In this document: positions 29,724 through 39,585 of the stretch, piece after piece | How the letters are laid out: every line of letters begins with the position of its first letter | Position numbering within the stretch: position 1 is the stretch's first letter | NCBI GenBank assembly: GCA_963755125.1 | Contig: CAVWIP010000008.1 | Span: forward strand, 416,001 to 480,000 | Origin: an uncultured delta proteobacterium | Lineage (GTDB): Bacteria > Myxococcota_A > Polyangia > Fen-1088 | Length of the DNA stretch: 64,000 nucleotides | Direction: 5' to 3' | The notes under the pieces: generated by a model | Seen by the model: only the letters and a program-made list of their open reading frames with translations | What the model was told of the DNA's origin: nothing | Database searches by the model: none | Made by a program: the position numbers and the translations under genes

Positions 29724-29777
29724 CAGCCCCATCCACACGACTTGGTCGAAGCGACCTGGGCGGCGCAGAGCCGGGTC
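29724..29777 (-). pseudogene. Second AAA ATPase sliver ([18 protein letters not shown])
   Basis: 49/54 identical to 28740-28793. Confidence 0.8.
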
Positions 29778-30105
29778 CCCACCACTTTCTCCGCCACCAC
29801 CGTCACGCTGGATGCTGGTGCCGGTTGGAGCTGACCAACCTGATCTATTTGGGCCCTAGCATCTACGCCTGCGTCCTGGCGGCCAAGGGACGCGTTCACT
29901 ACTTTCTTGTATTCGGACGCTGGGCCTACGCGCGCTACTACGGCGTACTCCGCGAGAACCCGATGGGGTTTCGGCCTGAAGTCGCATCTGCCCCGGGTAT
30001 GGCTTTTCGGATTTGGTGGGTTTACGATCATCGCGTCTCGGGTGCGACCTGGACGCGATGCCTCGCGTGTACGGACGAACCCGAAGAGAACCAAAGGAGA
30101 GCACT

Positions 30106-31134
30106 ATGAAACGAATAGTTGGGTTCTGGTCTGCACTGACTCTGGCCGTTTGTGTTCACAGTGGCTGTGGAGCCAATAATTCCAGCAACGCCAGCGCGGG
30201 AGAGGCGCCCGATGGGCAGGGCTCTGAGATCGCAACCAGCGTGGTCAGCGGCGCCCTGAACAACACCGAAGGCTCGGCCTTGGGCTGGAACGGCCCACGC
30301 CTGCGAATGAAGCAGGCCACCTTCGAGCGCGTCCTTGAGGTGTTAAATCCGGTGGGTGTGGCCTGGGCGGCTGCCTGGACCTGCACCGGCGGAACCCTGA
30401 CCCCGGCCTTTGCCGGTCCAGCCAGCGATCCGTACGCGTACGCGCCGGTGAGCTGCAACGTGACCTGGAAGAGTGGAAAGACCGCCTCGTCAACCTGGGA
30501 TGGGACCTTCACGCTGAACTACGGTTCGAACTGCGACGGCGTTCACCCGTTCATCGGACACCAAGCGGCGAACTGCTCGCTTACGCGAACGACCGTGCCC
30601 GGTGGCACCACGCGCACGATCACCGGACCTGATGGCAACTCACTCGCCATCACGCACGACACAAACGGGCTGAACAGCGGCTACGATACGACGGTTTCGC
30701 CTGCGCCGAACGACAACGGCGTGGTCGTAACCTGTGGCGCCAGTGGCTGTGACACCGACGGAACCCTGGTCATCAACGGTAGTCATATCACCGGCACCGT
30801 GACGGCTGCCGCAGGCGGGAGTGCCAAGCTCTGGGATCACACGGTCACCGGCACTGTCGACGTGGCTGGCACCGGCACTGGTCGTGTGGTCACTGGGACG
30901 GTGACGGTCGAGCACAACCTCGTGAGCCGCACCACCAGCACGACGTTCAACGGCGTGACCTACGGCGATGCCCTGTGCTGCTTCCCCACGGCGGGCAGCG
31001 TGACCACGACCAAGCAGAACGGCCCGCATGTAGGCAAGACCGAGATGCTCACCTTCAGCAGCGTGTGTGGCGAAGCCACGCTAACCACGTATAGCGGCAG
31101 CATCGTGGCGTTGACGCTCGAACATTGCATCTAG
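30106..31134 (+). CDS. Thr/Gly/Cys-rich lipoprotein
   Basis: AGGAGA RBS, signal peptide plus SGC lipobox. Confidence 0.8.
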   Translation: MKRIVGFWSALTLAVCVHSGCGANNSSNASAGEAPDGQGSEIATSVVSGALNNTEGSALGWNGPRLRMKQATFERVLEVLNPVGVAWAAAWTCTGGTLTPAFAGPASDPYAYAPVSCNVTWKSGKTASSTWDGTFTLNYGSNCDGVHPFIGHQAANCSLTRTTVPGGTTRTITGPDGNSLAITHDTNGLNSGYDTTVSPAPNDNGVVVTCGASGCDTDGTLVINGSHITGTVTAAAGGSAKLWDHTVTGTVDVAGTGTGRVVTGTVTVEHNLVSRTTSTTFNGVTYGDALCCFPTAGSVTTTKQNGPHVGKTEMLTFSSVCGEATLTTYSGSIVALTLEHCI

Positions 31135-31255
31135 TCCCCCTGCTCGCCAGGCGAGTGAGCGGCCAGAACCGCCGCGCAACAGTGCAACACGCTCATCGCG
31201 TGGAAGGCTGCGCCCTTTCCGGTACGCAACGAGATACTGACATGAGGCGGTCAAC

Positions 31256-31654
31256 ATGACTCAAGCTGCTCAGAATCCGTGTTGGGTCCGAATTGGCGTG
31301 GGCATCTTATCGGCCATCGCTTTGGACGCCTGCTCAGGAGGCAACGGAACAGCGAGTTCCGGTGGAAGCACGAGCCCAGCTACTGCCGGGTCAGGAGGCG
31401 TCGCCGGCGCGGCCCAGGGAGGTGCGGTTGGCTCGGGTGGGTCCAACGTTGGAGGTGGCGGAAGTGCCGGAGGCACTGTCAGCGTGGGTGGGACCACGAG
31501 CACTGGCGGTACCACGAACGCCGGTGGCTCCAGGTCGACTGGTGGCACCACCGGCATCGGTGGATCTACAGCTACTGGCGGCACGACCAAAGCGCATCGA
31601 ACACCAGCGCTAGCGGCACCAGTGCAGCATTCCGCCGGCGGCAACGATCTTTGA
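31256..31654 (+). pseudogene. Truncated Gly-rich lipoprotein (signal and linker only)
   Basis: GAGG RBS, LDAC lipobox, GGT linker, no folded domain follows. Confidence 0.55.
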
Positions 31655-31866
31655 AATCTCCACGCTCACGTGCGGCGTTGCTGGGCGACGACAGGTGGGA
31701 TCTGTCACGCGGAGCCGGTTTCTCGCGAAAAAGAGGGTGCTCACGCCCAATGCCCACCGTCCTCAAGTTGCGTGGGCACTACAGGTCGACGCGCTGCTCT
31801 TCTCCGGTGGGCACATGCCCAGGATGATCTGGCGCTGCTAGGGTGGATATCCGATCTCTTCCTCGG

Positions 31867-32625
31867 CTATGGCTTCGTGAGAGGAGCCGGCCGAGGGGCG
31901 GATCCTGCGGGGGCAGGTGGTGCATGGGCCACAATGTCCAGAAGCTCAACGTCGAAGATCAGGGTGGCTCCGGCCGGAATGTTGGTCCCGCTACCCCTGT
32001 CGCCATAGCCCATGTCGGGAGGACAGGTGAACTGAGCCTTTTCTCCGACCTTCATCCTTGGGATCCCTTCAGTCCAGCAGCGCACGACACGCTGAAGGAA
32101 GAACTCTGCAGGTTGATTCTTCTTGTACGAGCTATCGAAGACAGTCCCGTCGATGAGATGCCCTTCGTAGTTCACCTTCACCGTGTCGGTAGCGACTGGG
32201 CTGGCGCCCGTGCCCGAACGCACGGTTCTGAACACCACCCCAGACGGCAACACCGTGGCTCCCGACTCGTTCGCAGCCTTGGCGAGGAAATTCTTTCCCT
32301 TTTCCTTTTCAGCGTCGATTCGGACCTGCTTCCGCTGCTGCACCATTTCGCGGATCTTGGGACGCGTCTTGTCGAAGTCGATCTTGGACGGGCGCTTGGT
32401 CACGGCATCGGTAAGCCCTGCTTTGACCATTTCCAGCTCAGATGGTGACAACGAGAACACATCAACGCTCTTACCAATGTCCATCCCCAGGGCGTAGAAG
32501 ACCTTCTCGTTCTCCGTCTTCGGCGCACTGGAGGAGATCACACTGCAAAGGCGGTGGCACCCGACAGATGCTAGGGAGCCCAGTAGAAAGGCTGGAAGTA
32601 GACCCATTCTCGCTATGTTCAGCAT
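31867..32625 (-). CDS. FKBP-type peptidyl-prolyl isomerase (FkpA/Mip-like)
   Basis: YALGMDIG, VNYEGHLIDGTVFDSSY, WTEGIPRMKVGEK, IPAGATLIFDVELL; start uncertain. Confidence 0.9.
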   Translation of the reverse strand: MLNIARMGLLPAFLLGSLASVGCHRLCSVISSSAPKTENEKVFYALGMDIGKSVDVFSLSPSELEMVKAGLTDAVTKRPSKIDFDKTRPKIREMVQQRKQVRIDAEKEKGKNFLAKAANESGATVLPSGVVFRTVRSGTGASPVATDTVKVNYEGHLIDGTVFDSSYKKNQPAEFFLQRVVRCWTEGIPRMKVGEKAQFTCPPDMGYGDRGSGTNIPAGATLIFDVELLDIVAHAPPAPAGSAPRPAPLTKP

Positions 32626-32944
32626 GCCGCGTAGTAACACGTTCCACGCCTGCAATCCAGCGCGCTGATCCCAGATCCGTGCAGAGATCTGAGCAGTGGA
32701 CCTGTGAGTGTACATGGGGTAGCAGCGCATCCCTGCCGGCCAGGTCCTCCGCCAAGGTGTCCTCGGCACCGATGCTCGCCGCCTCGCGGTCAGGTACCAC
32801 GGGGCGCGGATCGATTCCACACGCCAGTTCCCAGATGTCTCGCCCACCGGAGAGGCACGCGGAGAAAGCCTTACGCACGCGAACATTCGTTGGTAGGATC
32901 TCGTCGCAAACGCACCGGGGAAGGAGCTGCCTCTGTTTCGCGAA

Positions 32945-34513
32945 ATGAGCAAATACTGGAGCCTCGCTTTTAGCCTGAGGAGGTTTCTGAATGAGCCGCT
33001 CACAACGCAGCGTTGCCTGGAGATCTTCAGGCAGAACATGCAGAGCAGAGAGCGGAACCTTCTCGCTCTCGTCAAGCAGGCTATCTACGCGAACGAGGGC
33101 AGCCCCTATCTCAAGCTGCTCAGGTTGACCGGCTGCGAGTACGGCGATTTCGAGAAGATGGTCCGTTCAGACGGCATTGAGCCATCATTGGTGAAGCTCT
33201 GTAAGGAGGGCGTCTACGTCAGTATCGAGGAAATCAAAGGAAAGAAGCAACTCGTCCGCGGCTCGCAGGCTTTCGAGGTCAGAGAGAGCGATTTCGACAA
33301 CCCTTTGATCTCCGGACAAATCGAGGCGAACAGCGGCGCCAGCCGCAGCACTGGGACTCGGGTGAGCTACGATCTGGATTTCATCACCGAGACATGGGCG
33401 GTCCATTTCCGGCTCAGCCACGAAGCCTATGGCGTCGCAGATGACCCCGTCGCTCTTTGGTACCCCATAATGCCCGGGGCGGGGCCCATGGCCTTGCTCG
33501 CCTATCACAAGGCGGGCAAGACCCCGCTGAAATGGTTCTCCCCCGTCGAGAAAAAGGGCTTCAGGCCATCCCTGAGGAACAGAATGGGGACCAGCTATCT
33601 CGTCTACATGGGCCGGCTTCTCGGGGCAAAATGGCCGGGCCCTGATTATGTCCCTCTTGCGGATGCCTGGCGAGTCGCACAGTGGATTTCCGAGGGCATC
33701 AGGGCGAAGCGAGTGTGCCGCTTCGTCACCTATGTCAGTGCAGCTGTGAGAATCTGCCAGGCAGCCAAAGAGAGAGGCTTGGACCTTGCCGGAACGAAGT
33801 TTGTCGTGTCTGGGGAGCCCGTCACCGAGGTCAAGCGAAAGGAGATTCAGTCGCTGGGAGCCGAGGTTTACCCCGTCTATGCTTTGATGGAGGCAGGAAT
33901 AGTGGGTGGTGCCTGTTGCGCGCCGGTGACAGCGGATGAGGTTCACTTTTTCAAGGACTCCTTGGCCCTGATTCAGCACCCGAGGGAGGTTCCCCACGCC
34001 TGTGTATCGGTTGACGCCTTTCTCCTGACGACCCTGTGTCGGTCCACGCCCAAGATCCTCCTCAATGTGGAAACTGGTGACTATGGAGTCGTCGAAAAGC
34101 GAGACTGCGGCTGCAAGTTCGGACAGTTGGGCCTGACCGACCATATCCGAAGTATCAGAGGTTTCGACAAGATGACGGGGGAGGGGATGACGTTCATCGG
34201 AACTGATCTGGTCAGAATTCTCGAAGAAGTGTTGCCGACCAGGTTCGGTGGGGCCTCGACCGACTACCAAGTCGTGGAGGAGGAGGATGAGCGGGGCCAT
34301 ACCCGCATGAGCGTGGTCGTCAGTCCGGCGGTGGGAGATGTCGATGAACGTGCTCTCGTTCAAATCGTTCTTGCCGAGTTGTCCAAGGGGAGAGATGCGC
34401 GACGGATGATGGCTCATATGTGGTCCCAGGCAAAGACCCTGCGGGTCAAGCGGGCGACGCCGTTCACCACAGCCCGAGGGAAACTCCTCCCACTACATAT
34501 CCAGAAGACATAG
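32945..34513 (+). CDS. PaaK/phenylacetate-CoA-ligase-like adenylate-forming protein
   Basis: NSGASRSTG P-loop-like, SGEP, YALMEAG, ETGDYG, CGC, final GKL. Confidence 0.7.
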   Translation: MSKYWSLAFSLRRFLNEPLTTQRCLEIFRQNMQSRERNLLALVKQAIYANEGSPYLKLLRLTGCEYGDFEKMVRSDGIEPSLVKLCKEGVYVSIEEIKGKKQLVRGSQAFEVRESDFDNPLISGQIEANSGASRSTGTRVSYDLDFITETWAVHFRLSHEAYGVADDPVALWYPIMPGAGPMALLAYHKAGKTPLKWFSPVEKKGFRPSLRNRMGTSYLVYMGRLLGAKWPGPDYVPLADAWRVAQWISEGIRAKRVCRFVTYVSAAVRICQAAKERGLDLAGTKFVVSGEPVTEVKRKEIQSLGAEVYPVYALMEAGIVGGACCAPVTADEVHFFKDSLALIQHPREVPHACVSVDAFLLTTLCRSTPKILLNVETGDYGVVEKRDCGCKFGQLGLTDHIRSIRGFDKMTGEGMTFIGTDLVRILEEVLPTRFGGASTDYQVVEEEDERGHTRMSVVVSPAVGDVDERALVQIVLAELSKGRDARRMMAHMWSQAKTLRVKRATPFTTARGKLLPLHIQKT

Positions 34514-34571
34514 ATGAGGTTGGACTATTCCGCGACCGAGAACCCACGACCGCAGCCTGGTGCCGAAGCCA

Positions 34572-34620
34572 CGTTTTGCCACAATGAGGAACGCACGCAG
34601 CCGAATGAGGGACGTTCCTC
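34572..34620 (+). repeat. 49-bp repeat next to TA module 1
   Basis: 46/49 identical to 37142-37190. Confidence 0.9.
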
Positions 34621-34627
34621 GTAGGCG

Positions 34628-35140
34628 TCAGCCTGCGGCTTTCCAGTCTTCACCTTGCAGCTTCACCTTGATGTGACTCGGCTTCGCGGTTGAGCCCAGC
34701 CGCGCGAATAGACCGAGATCGGGCCGAGCCCGCCAATCCTGCAACAACACCAGGGTGCGCAGCAGACGATCCGGTACTTGTCCAATCGGTTCCCGGCCGG
34801 TCTCCCAGCGCGAGACTGAGGTCTTGGATACGCCGAGATGCCGGGCCATCTGCTCACCCGTCATGTCGAGATGATGGCGCAAGAAGGCCACTTCCGAGGC
34901 TGCCAGACGGCTCGCCTTCCTGACCACTGCTTCTGCGACCGCGCGATGCAGACGGGCTGGAGCGTGAATCGCTACGCTCTCGGCGCCGCAAACCGGACAA
35001 CCCATCACTGTCGCGTTCTCCAGCGTGACGGACAGGCCACCTTCGAATCGGTAGCGATAGGGGCGCCGCTCGGTTCGCAAGTGTGCTCCGCACTCCAGGC
35101 AGGACATCGCGCCGCCTTGCGCTTTCTCTTTGGTCTTCAT
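34628..35140 (-). CDS. MqsA-family antitoxin (zinc ribbon plus XRE HTH)
   Basis: CLECG...CPVCG; MARHLGVSKTSVSRWETG. Confidence 0.85.
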   Translation of the reverse strand: MKTKEKAQGGAMSCLECGAHLRTERRPYRYRFEGGLSVTLENATVMGCPVCGAESVAIHAPARLHRAVAEAVVRKASRLAASEVAFLRHHLDMTGEQMARHLGVSKTSVSRWETGREPIGQVPDRLLRTLVLLQDWRARPDLGLFARLGSTAKPSHIKVKLQGEDWKAAG

Positions 35141-35153
35141 GGTGACGTCCCTT

Positions 35154-35441
35154 TCATTTTGTCCGCCACGCCGTAACTACGACCGTCCACGTTTCGGTGC
35201 GCAACGTGACCACCACATACGTCTTGGACCGCCGCACCCGATACCGCCAGGAGCCTCGTTCGAACTCTCCCGGCTCAACAACGCCACCCTGAAGTACTCC
35301 CATCACTTCGCCCTCGGTGATGTTGTCCTTCGCCATCTCTTGGCGGGCGTGTGCCGATAATTCAACTGTTCCATCCTCCAACATCGCAACAAGCAGCGAC
35401 TTGACCTTCGCAGGCTGGAGAGGTTCCTGCATTTCACGCAC
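35154..35441 (-). CDS. DUF4258-like putative toxin
   Basis: LSAHARQEMAKDNIT...WRYRV...VVVTAW; upstream of the MqsA-like gene; TTGACA just upstream. Confidence 0.75.
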   Translation of the reverse strand: MREMQEPLQPAKVKSLLVAMLEDGTVELSAHARQEMAKDNITEGEVMGVLQGGVVEPGEFERGSWRYRVRRSKTYVVVTLRTETWTVVVTAWRTK

Positions 35442-35554
35442 ATGTTGCCACCAGTATACATAATGTCAACCACAAACCGCCTGACTCGCCCTGCGACCTG
35501 GATTCGATCGGCTTGTTCGTCGGGGGACCGCCGTCCTGTCTAGAGCTTGTCTTG

Positions 35555-36135
35555 CCGTTTCGGCTACCATGGCCATCCGTGGAGGACTTCATTGATTGCG
35601 CAGCCCTGCGGTAGTCAGTACGGAGACCGGCGAGCACAGGCACGATGACAATGGTCAGGTCGTGATGGTGAATGCCAGACGGTCGTGGTGGCTACCTTGC
35701 TCGTCCGTCGAGAACTTCATTGATTACGCGGCCCTCCGGTAGTCAGCATGCAGACCGCCGAGCACAGATCTGATGACAATCGGCTTGCTCAGGTCGTGAT
35801 GCTGAATGCCAGACGGCACGCGCTGTCCGATCCCCTGATGGGGTCGAGCCTCATTGAAGTGGACCTTGTACTCGCGAACCAGTGAATCCAGGTGCCGGTC
35901 GCCGAGCAGGATGACGTGGTCGAGCATCTCACGCCTGCCACTGCCCACAAATCTCTCTGCGATCGCGTTCATGTTGGGGGCTCGCACTGCGATCTTGATC
36001 ACCTTCGTCCCGGCGCCCTTCGCCACACGGTCGAACGCGGAGCCGAACTTGTCGTCACGGTCGCGCAGGAGGAAACGCGGAGCATCGCCATCCATGGTCG
36101 CATTCCGCAGTTGTTGTGCCGTCCACTCCTGCGTG
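35555..36135 (-). pseudogene. Two tandem 3' remnants of the integrase-core IS (35555-35682 diverged; 35684-36135 near-identical to the full copy), each with its right IR
   Basis: VLAGLRTDYRRAA with CCGTTTCGGCTAC end; LGGLHADYRRAA with CGTGGTGGCTAC end. Confidence 0.9.
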
Positions 36136-36539
36136 TGGAAACGATCTTCGAAAAGCGCGGCGGATCGATCTCAAGGAGCGCGGGCAATCTACGAGAGCGC
36201 GGCATCTGAGACGCGCAAGCATAAGAGACTCCTTCAGAATCGGTCGAGCATACAGTTTCTCTTGACGGCCGACATCCGGCCTGCTTTGCGGGCAGCCCTG
36301 CTGCCCGCCACAGCCAGCCCTTCAAGCCGCAGCCGAGAACCCGTCACCCGAAGGGCCGGAGCGTAGCGGAGGAGGCGCGAAAGCGCCTTGACGGGCTCGC
36401 AGGCGGAGGCTACATGTCTGCGCTCTGGTCCAAACAAGCGTCCGACCGCATTCTATTCTGGATGCCGCTTTCGACCCCTGTCCAGGACGCCAAACGATCG
36501 CGCAAACCGCGATCCATCCGCCGCGCTTTTGGGAGATCG

Positions 36540-36668
36540 TCTCCAGCGATGACCCGGAACGCCACGTCCTCCCACGTCTTCTTTTCGATATTCCGGGATG
36601 ACGCCACACCTACGCAGTACCCGTACACGAGCAAGCTGGTCATCATGACCGGGTGATAGGGCTGCTCC
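36540..36668 (-). pseudogene. IS1182-family transposase N-terminal fragment
   Basis: [40 protein letters not shown] (DUF772-like). Confidence 0.8.
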
Positions 36669-37032
36669 CGTCCTGCGCGTGTGCCAGGAGTACGTGGAGT
36701 TCTACAATCGTGCGCGGCCATCACAGGCGTTGCATGCGATACCGGAGCCGTACCCGGAGCTGATCACACCGCCACGAAGGAGCGGCGATCTGATCGCGCT
36801 GCCCGTGCTTGGCGGAGTACAGCACGACTACCGCCTGGCGGCGTGAACGACCCAGCTGGGCAGTGCCTGATGGGCGCGCCTGCTGGGCGGACAAGTCCGC
36901 GCGACGTGCCGAAGCGTCTTGATCCGTTCCGGCCAGAGCGCAACTGGGGTCATCGGCACCGCCCTGGCCGGCGAGGTCACCATTGCTCGTCTGTCCCTTT
37001 CGGGCGCGGCATCGGGTTCTCGCGGATCACGC
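36669..37032 (+). repeat. 364-bp copy of the transposase 3' end at 25121-25484
   Basis: Near-identical over its full length. Confidence 0.9.
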
Positions 37033-37193
37033 AGGAGCGGACAGGAGCGGACAGGAGCGGACAAATTTCGTTCCTCATTCGTTCCTCATTCGGGCGAATG
37101 AGGGACGTTCCTCATTCGGGCCGAGAGAGGCCGTTTTATGGCGTTTTGCCACAATGAGGGACGCGCGCAGCCGCATGAGGGACGTTCCTCATT
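37032..37193. repeat. Repeat cluster: (CAGGAGCGGA)x3, about seven AATGAGG(A/G)ACG-like boxes, and the second 49-bp repeat (37142-37190)
   Basis: Includes CGAATGAGG-GACGTT-CCTCATTCG palindrome at 37095-37118. Confidence 0.85.
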
Positions 37194-37250
37194 ACCTCCC
37201 GCAGGCACCTGACTCTGTGGACATCACTTGTGGTGACAACACCAGCAAGG

Positions 37251-37718
37251 TCAGGCAGCGCCCGACGAGGGCATTTTGTAGTTCTGCCTGTTCGCGGCGA
37301 GACCTTTGGACTTCGTTGCCTTGGTGCTGCGCCCGAGGAGTGGAGGACGCCCTTTCAGCAGCCGCCGCGTGGGCGCAAGACTTCCTGCCGAAATGGGGGA
37401 CTCCCACTTCCTGATGAGAGCCGCGAGTTCTCGGGACGCCGATGGTCGAGAGGCAAAGATCGCCTTCATCTGCAAGTCGAGTGAGACTTCAGGGTCGTGG
37501 CTTTCGATCTTGGCTACACGTGGCTGACTCGATCCGATCCTTCTCGCCAGGTCGGCCTGTGAAAGATGGCTTCGCTTGCGCAAAGCGCGAACCAGTCCGC
37601 CGAGACGGAGCTTCGTTTCGATGAGGTCTTCTTCGGCAGGGGTAAGCTCGAAAAATTCGCCGACAGTGCCGACCTTCCAACCGGCGCGTTGGAATCGTTC
37701 TCGTTGAGCTTTGTTCAT
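37251..37718 (-). CDS. XRE-family HTH antitoxin (HigA-like)
   Basis: GWKVGTVGEFFEL, LSQADLARRIGSSQPRVAKIE; ATGA overlap with the toxin stop. Confidence 0.85.
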   Translation of the reverse strand: MNKAQRERFQRAGWKVGTVGEFFELTPAEEDLIETKLRLGGLVRALRKRSHLSQADLARRIGSSQPRVAKIESHDPEVSLDLQMKAIFASRPSASRELAALIRKWESPISAGSLAPTRRLLKGRPPLLGRSTKATKSKGLAANRQNYKMPSSGAA

Positions 37719-38101
37719 AGTGCGTCTTCCTTCTTGAAAGCGGCGTAGCGTCGTCGGCAGTTCGTTATCGTGTCTTTCGGCGTTGACTTCGTCTTCTTTT
37801 CAAAAACTTCAAGGACGCCGATCGCAAGCCTGCCGATACAGTAAACCACTCTCCATTCGATTCGATGTTCTACGTCTGTGATGCGAAGCTCGTGTCAACC
37901 TTGTCCGATGCTGGGCATCGGGCGAGATTCAGGCATCGAAAGTTTCTCGCCTTCCTGGGTACGACGGAGAAGAAACCCCGCCTCAATTCTGGCTTCTCGC
38001 GACATGGGCGGGGTTTTGAGTTCGCCGTGCAACCACACCAGCGGTTTGCTCGGGTTTTCGAGTAGGGCACGCCCGGCGGGGTTTCGCGGATTCCTCACCA
38101 T
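37715..38101 (-). pseudogene. RelE/HigB (Gp49-like) toxin with one in-frame TGA at 37895-37897
   Basis: KPLVWLHGELKTPPMS.EARIEAGFLLR...SRPMPSIGQG*HELRI...WRVVY...LEVFEKKT; frame intact on both sides. Confidence 0.85.
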
Positions 38102-38108
38102 AGAATGA

Positions 38109-38126
38109 TATGCCGAATTCGGCATA
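38109..38126. promoter_or_regulatory. Perfect 18-bp palindrome, probable TA operator within a sigma-70-like promoter
   Basis: TATGCCGAATTCGGCATA; minus strand reads TTGCGA-N17-TATCAT just before the toxin start. Confidence 0.7.
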
Positions 38127-38552
38127 CTCGCAAGAAGGTTCTACTCTTTGTCCTTCGCCAGGCGCGTCCTGGCTAGCTCTCGCAATCCAACCTGTGCGGA
38201 GGGCTGGCCTTCTCGGTCAGCCCTCAGTGCAGGACGTATAATTGCCGCGACGAGTATCCGAATCCCCATTAAATCGCCATTTCCTCCGACCCCACTCGTC
38301 ACGGCTATGATAAGGGGAACGAACTGGGAGAAACGGGTCACAGGTCATGAACCCGCCTCTGGTGAGCGCAGGAAACGCCCGGGAGTCCTGTCTGCTTGCA
38401 ATGCTCTCGTGTCTGCGCCCAAGATCGGTGATAGTCCTTGGGCATGTGGGGACCAATGGCATTCTTGCTGTGGGCCGGGTTGGTCACGGTGTTGCCGATG
38501 GGTACGCCCTGCCGACGAGATCCACGAACCGAAAGCGGTCTGTGATTCACAC

Positions 38553-38876
38553 ATGCTTTTCTCCACCAGCGTAGAAAACGGTGCGGCGGTTCTTCGCATC
38601 GAGGGCGAACTCGATGCGGGCTCGCTTTCCGACCTCAGGTCGGCCCTTAGTGGAATCTCCGAAGGACAGCCTCCGCCTCCCCGGGTGGTCGTCGACCTGT
38701 CAGCCCTTCGTCTCATCGACAGCTCCGGCGTCGGTGCCATAGTTTCCCTGTACAAGGCTGTCCATGCTTACGGGGGCAGCCTGGCCATCACGGGTGCTCA
38801 AGGGCAGCCGCTGGCCATCCTCCGTCTCCTGCGCCTGGACCGCCTTCTATCCGATCTCGCGCCGTGGCCCCGCTAA
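38553..38876 (+). CDS. STAS-domain anti-sigma-factor antagonist
   Basis: LRIEGELDA, VVDLSALRLIDSSGVG; paralog of 7124-7423. Confidence 0.85.
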   Translation: MLFSTSVENGAAVLRIEGELDAGSLSDLRSALSGISEGQPPPPRVVVDLSALRLIDSSGVGAIVSLYKAVHAYGGSLAITGAQGQPLAILRLLRLDRLLSDLAPWPR

Positions 38877-38969
38877 TTGTGCAAGCTATACGCCAGCGCA
38901 AGAAGAGAGGGGACATCTGGCGTGGCAGGATGACCGCAGTTAGCCACGAATTGAGGCTGGACCGCCCCA

Positions 38970-39505
38970 ATCTCGCCAAAGCCCGAGCGAGAGCGCCGAG
39001 GATCTCCTGCTCGATGAAGTAGCGGTTGCGAGTGCCGTGCCTTCGTGTGTGCTGCCAAATGCGCTCGCCCGGATTGAACTCGGGTGAGTTGTCCAATCCC
39101 TCCCGATCGCGGGTGAATGACACCGCCAGACGACCCTTGAGGCGCGTCAGCTTGACAATGTAGATGCTGTCGAAGTCGTCATCCCCCCACTCCGGCACCG
39201 CCGACGGATCGCCGCCGCCTTGCACGACCAGCCGCTTCACCACTTGGGCCAGCAGCGCATGTTCCCAGGCGACGAAGACCAGCGCGTCTTGGTACCTCGC
39301 CTGCGTCAGCTCGTGTTGCAGCCTCTTGATTTCCCGAAATCCGAACTGCGTATTCACCGGGAGGCCGAGTTGAATTGCCATCGGCTCGATGGTGGCCAAG
39401 GGTCGGATGTAGTCGTAGAGCTGGCCCTTGTCGTTGACTTGTTGCTGCGGGTTGGGTGCGAAGATGAAAGCTGGTTTTCCGAACTTGGCCATCAGGACAC
39501 CGGAG
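38970..39505 (-). pseudogene. Histidine-phosphatase-like fragment fused in frame to an IS630 transposase fragment
   Basis: YIRPLATIEP...VAWEH then SPEFNPGERIWQHTRR...NRYF. Confidence 0.6.
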
Positions 39506-39585
39506 GCTGGAAGTTTCTGAAGCTGGTGGCATAGAAGTCATACACAACAGAGGTCGGCGGGTCGTGCCGACTGGGAGCGCATAAC

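Noticed and set aside
37032..37193. CRISPR array
   Set aside because: Repeats are 10-11 bp, mixed in orientation, without regular unique spacers; no cas genes
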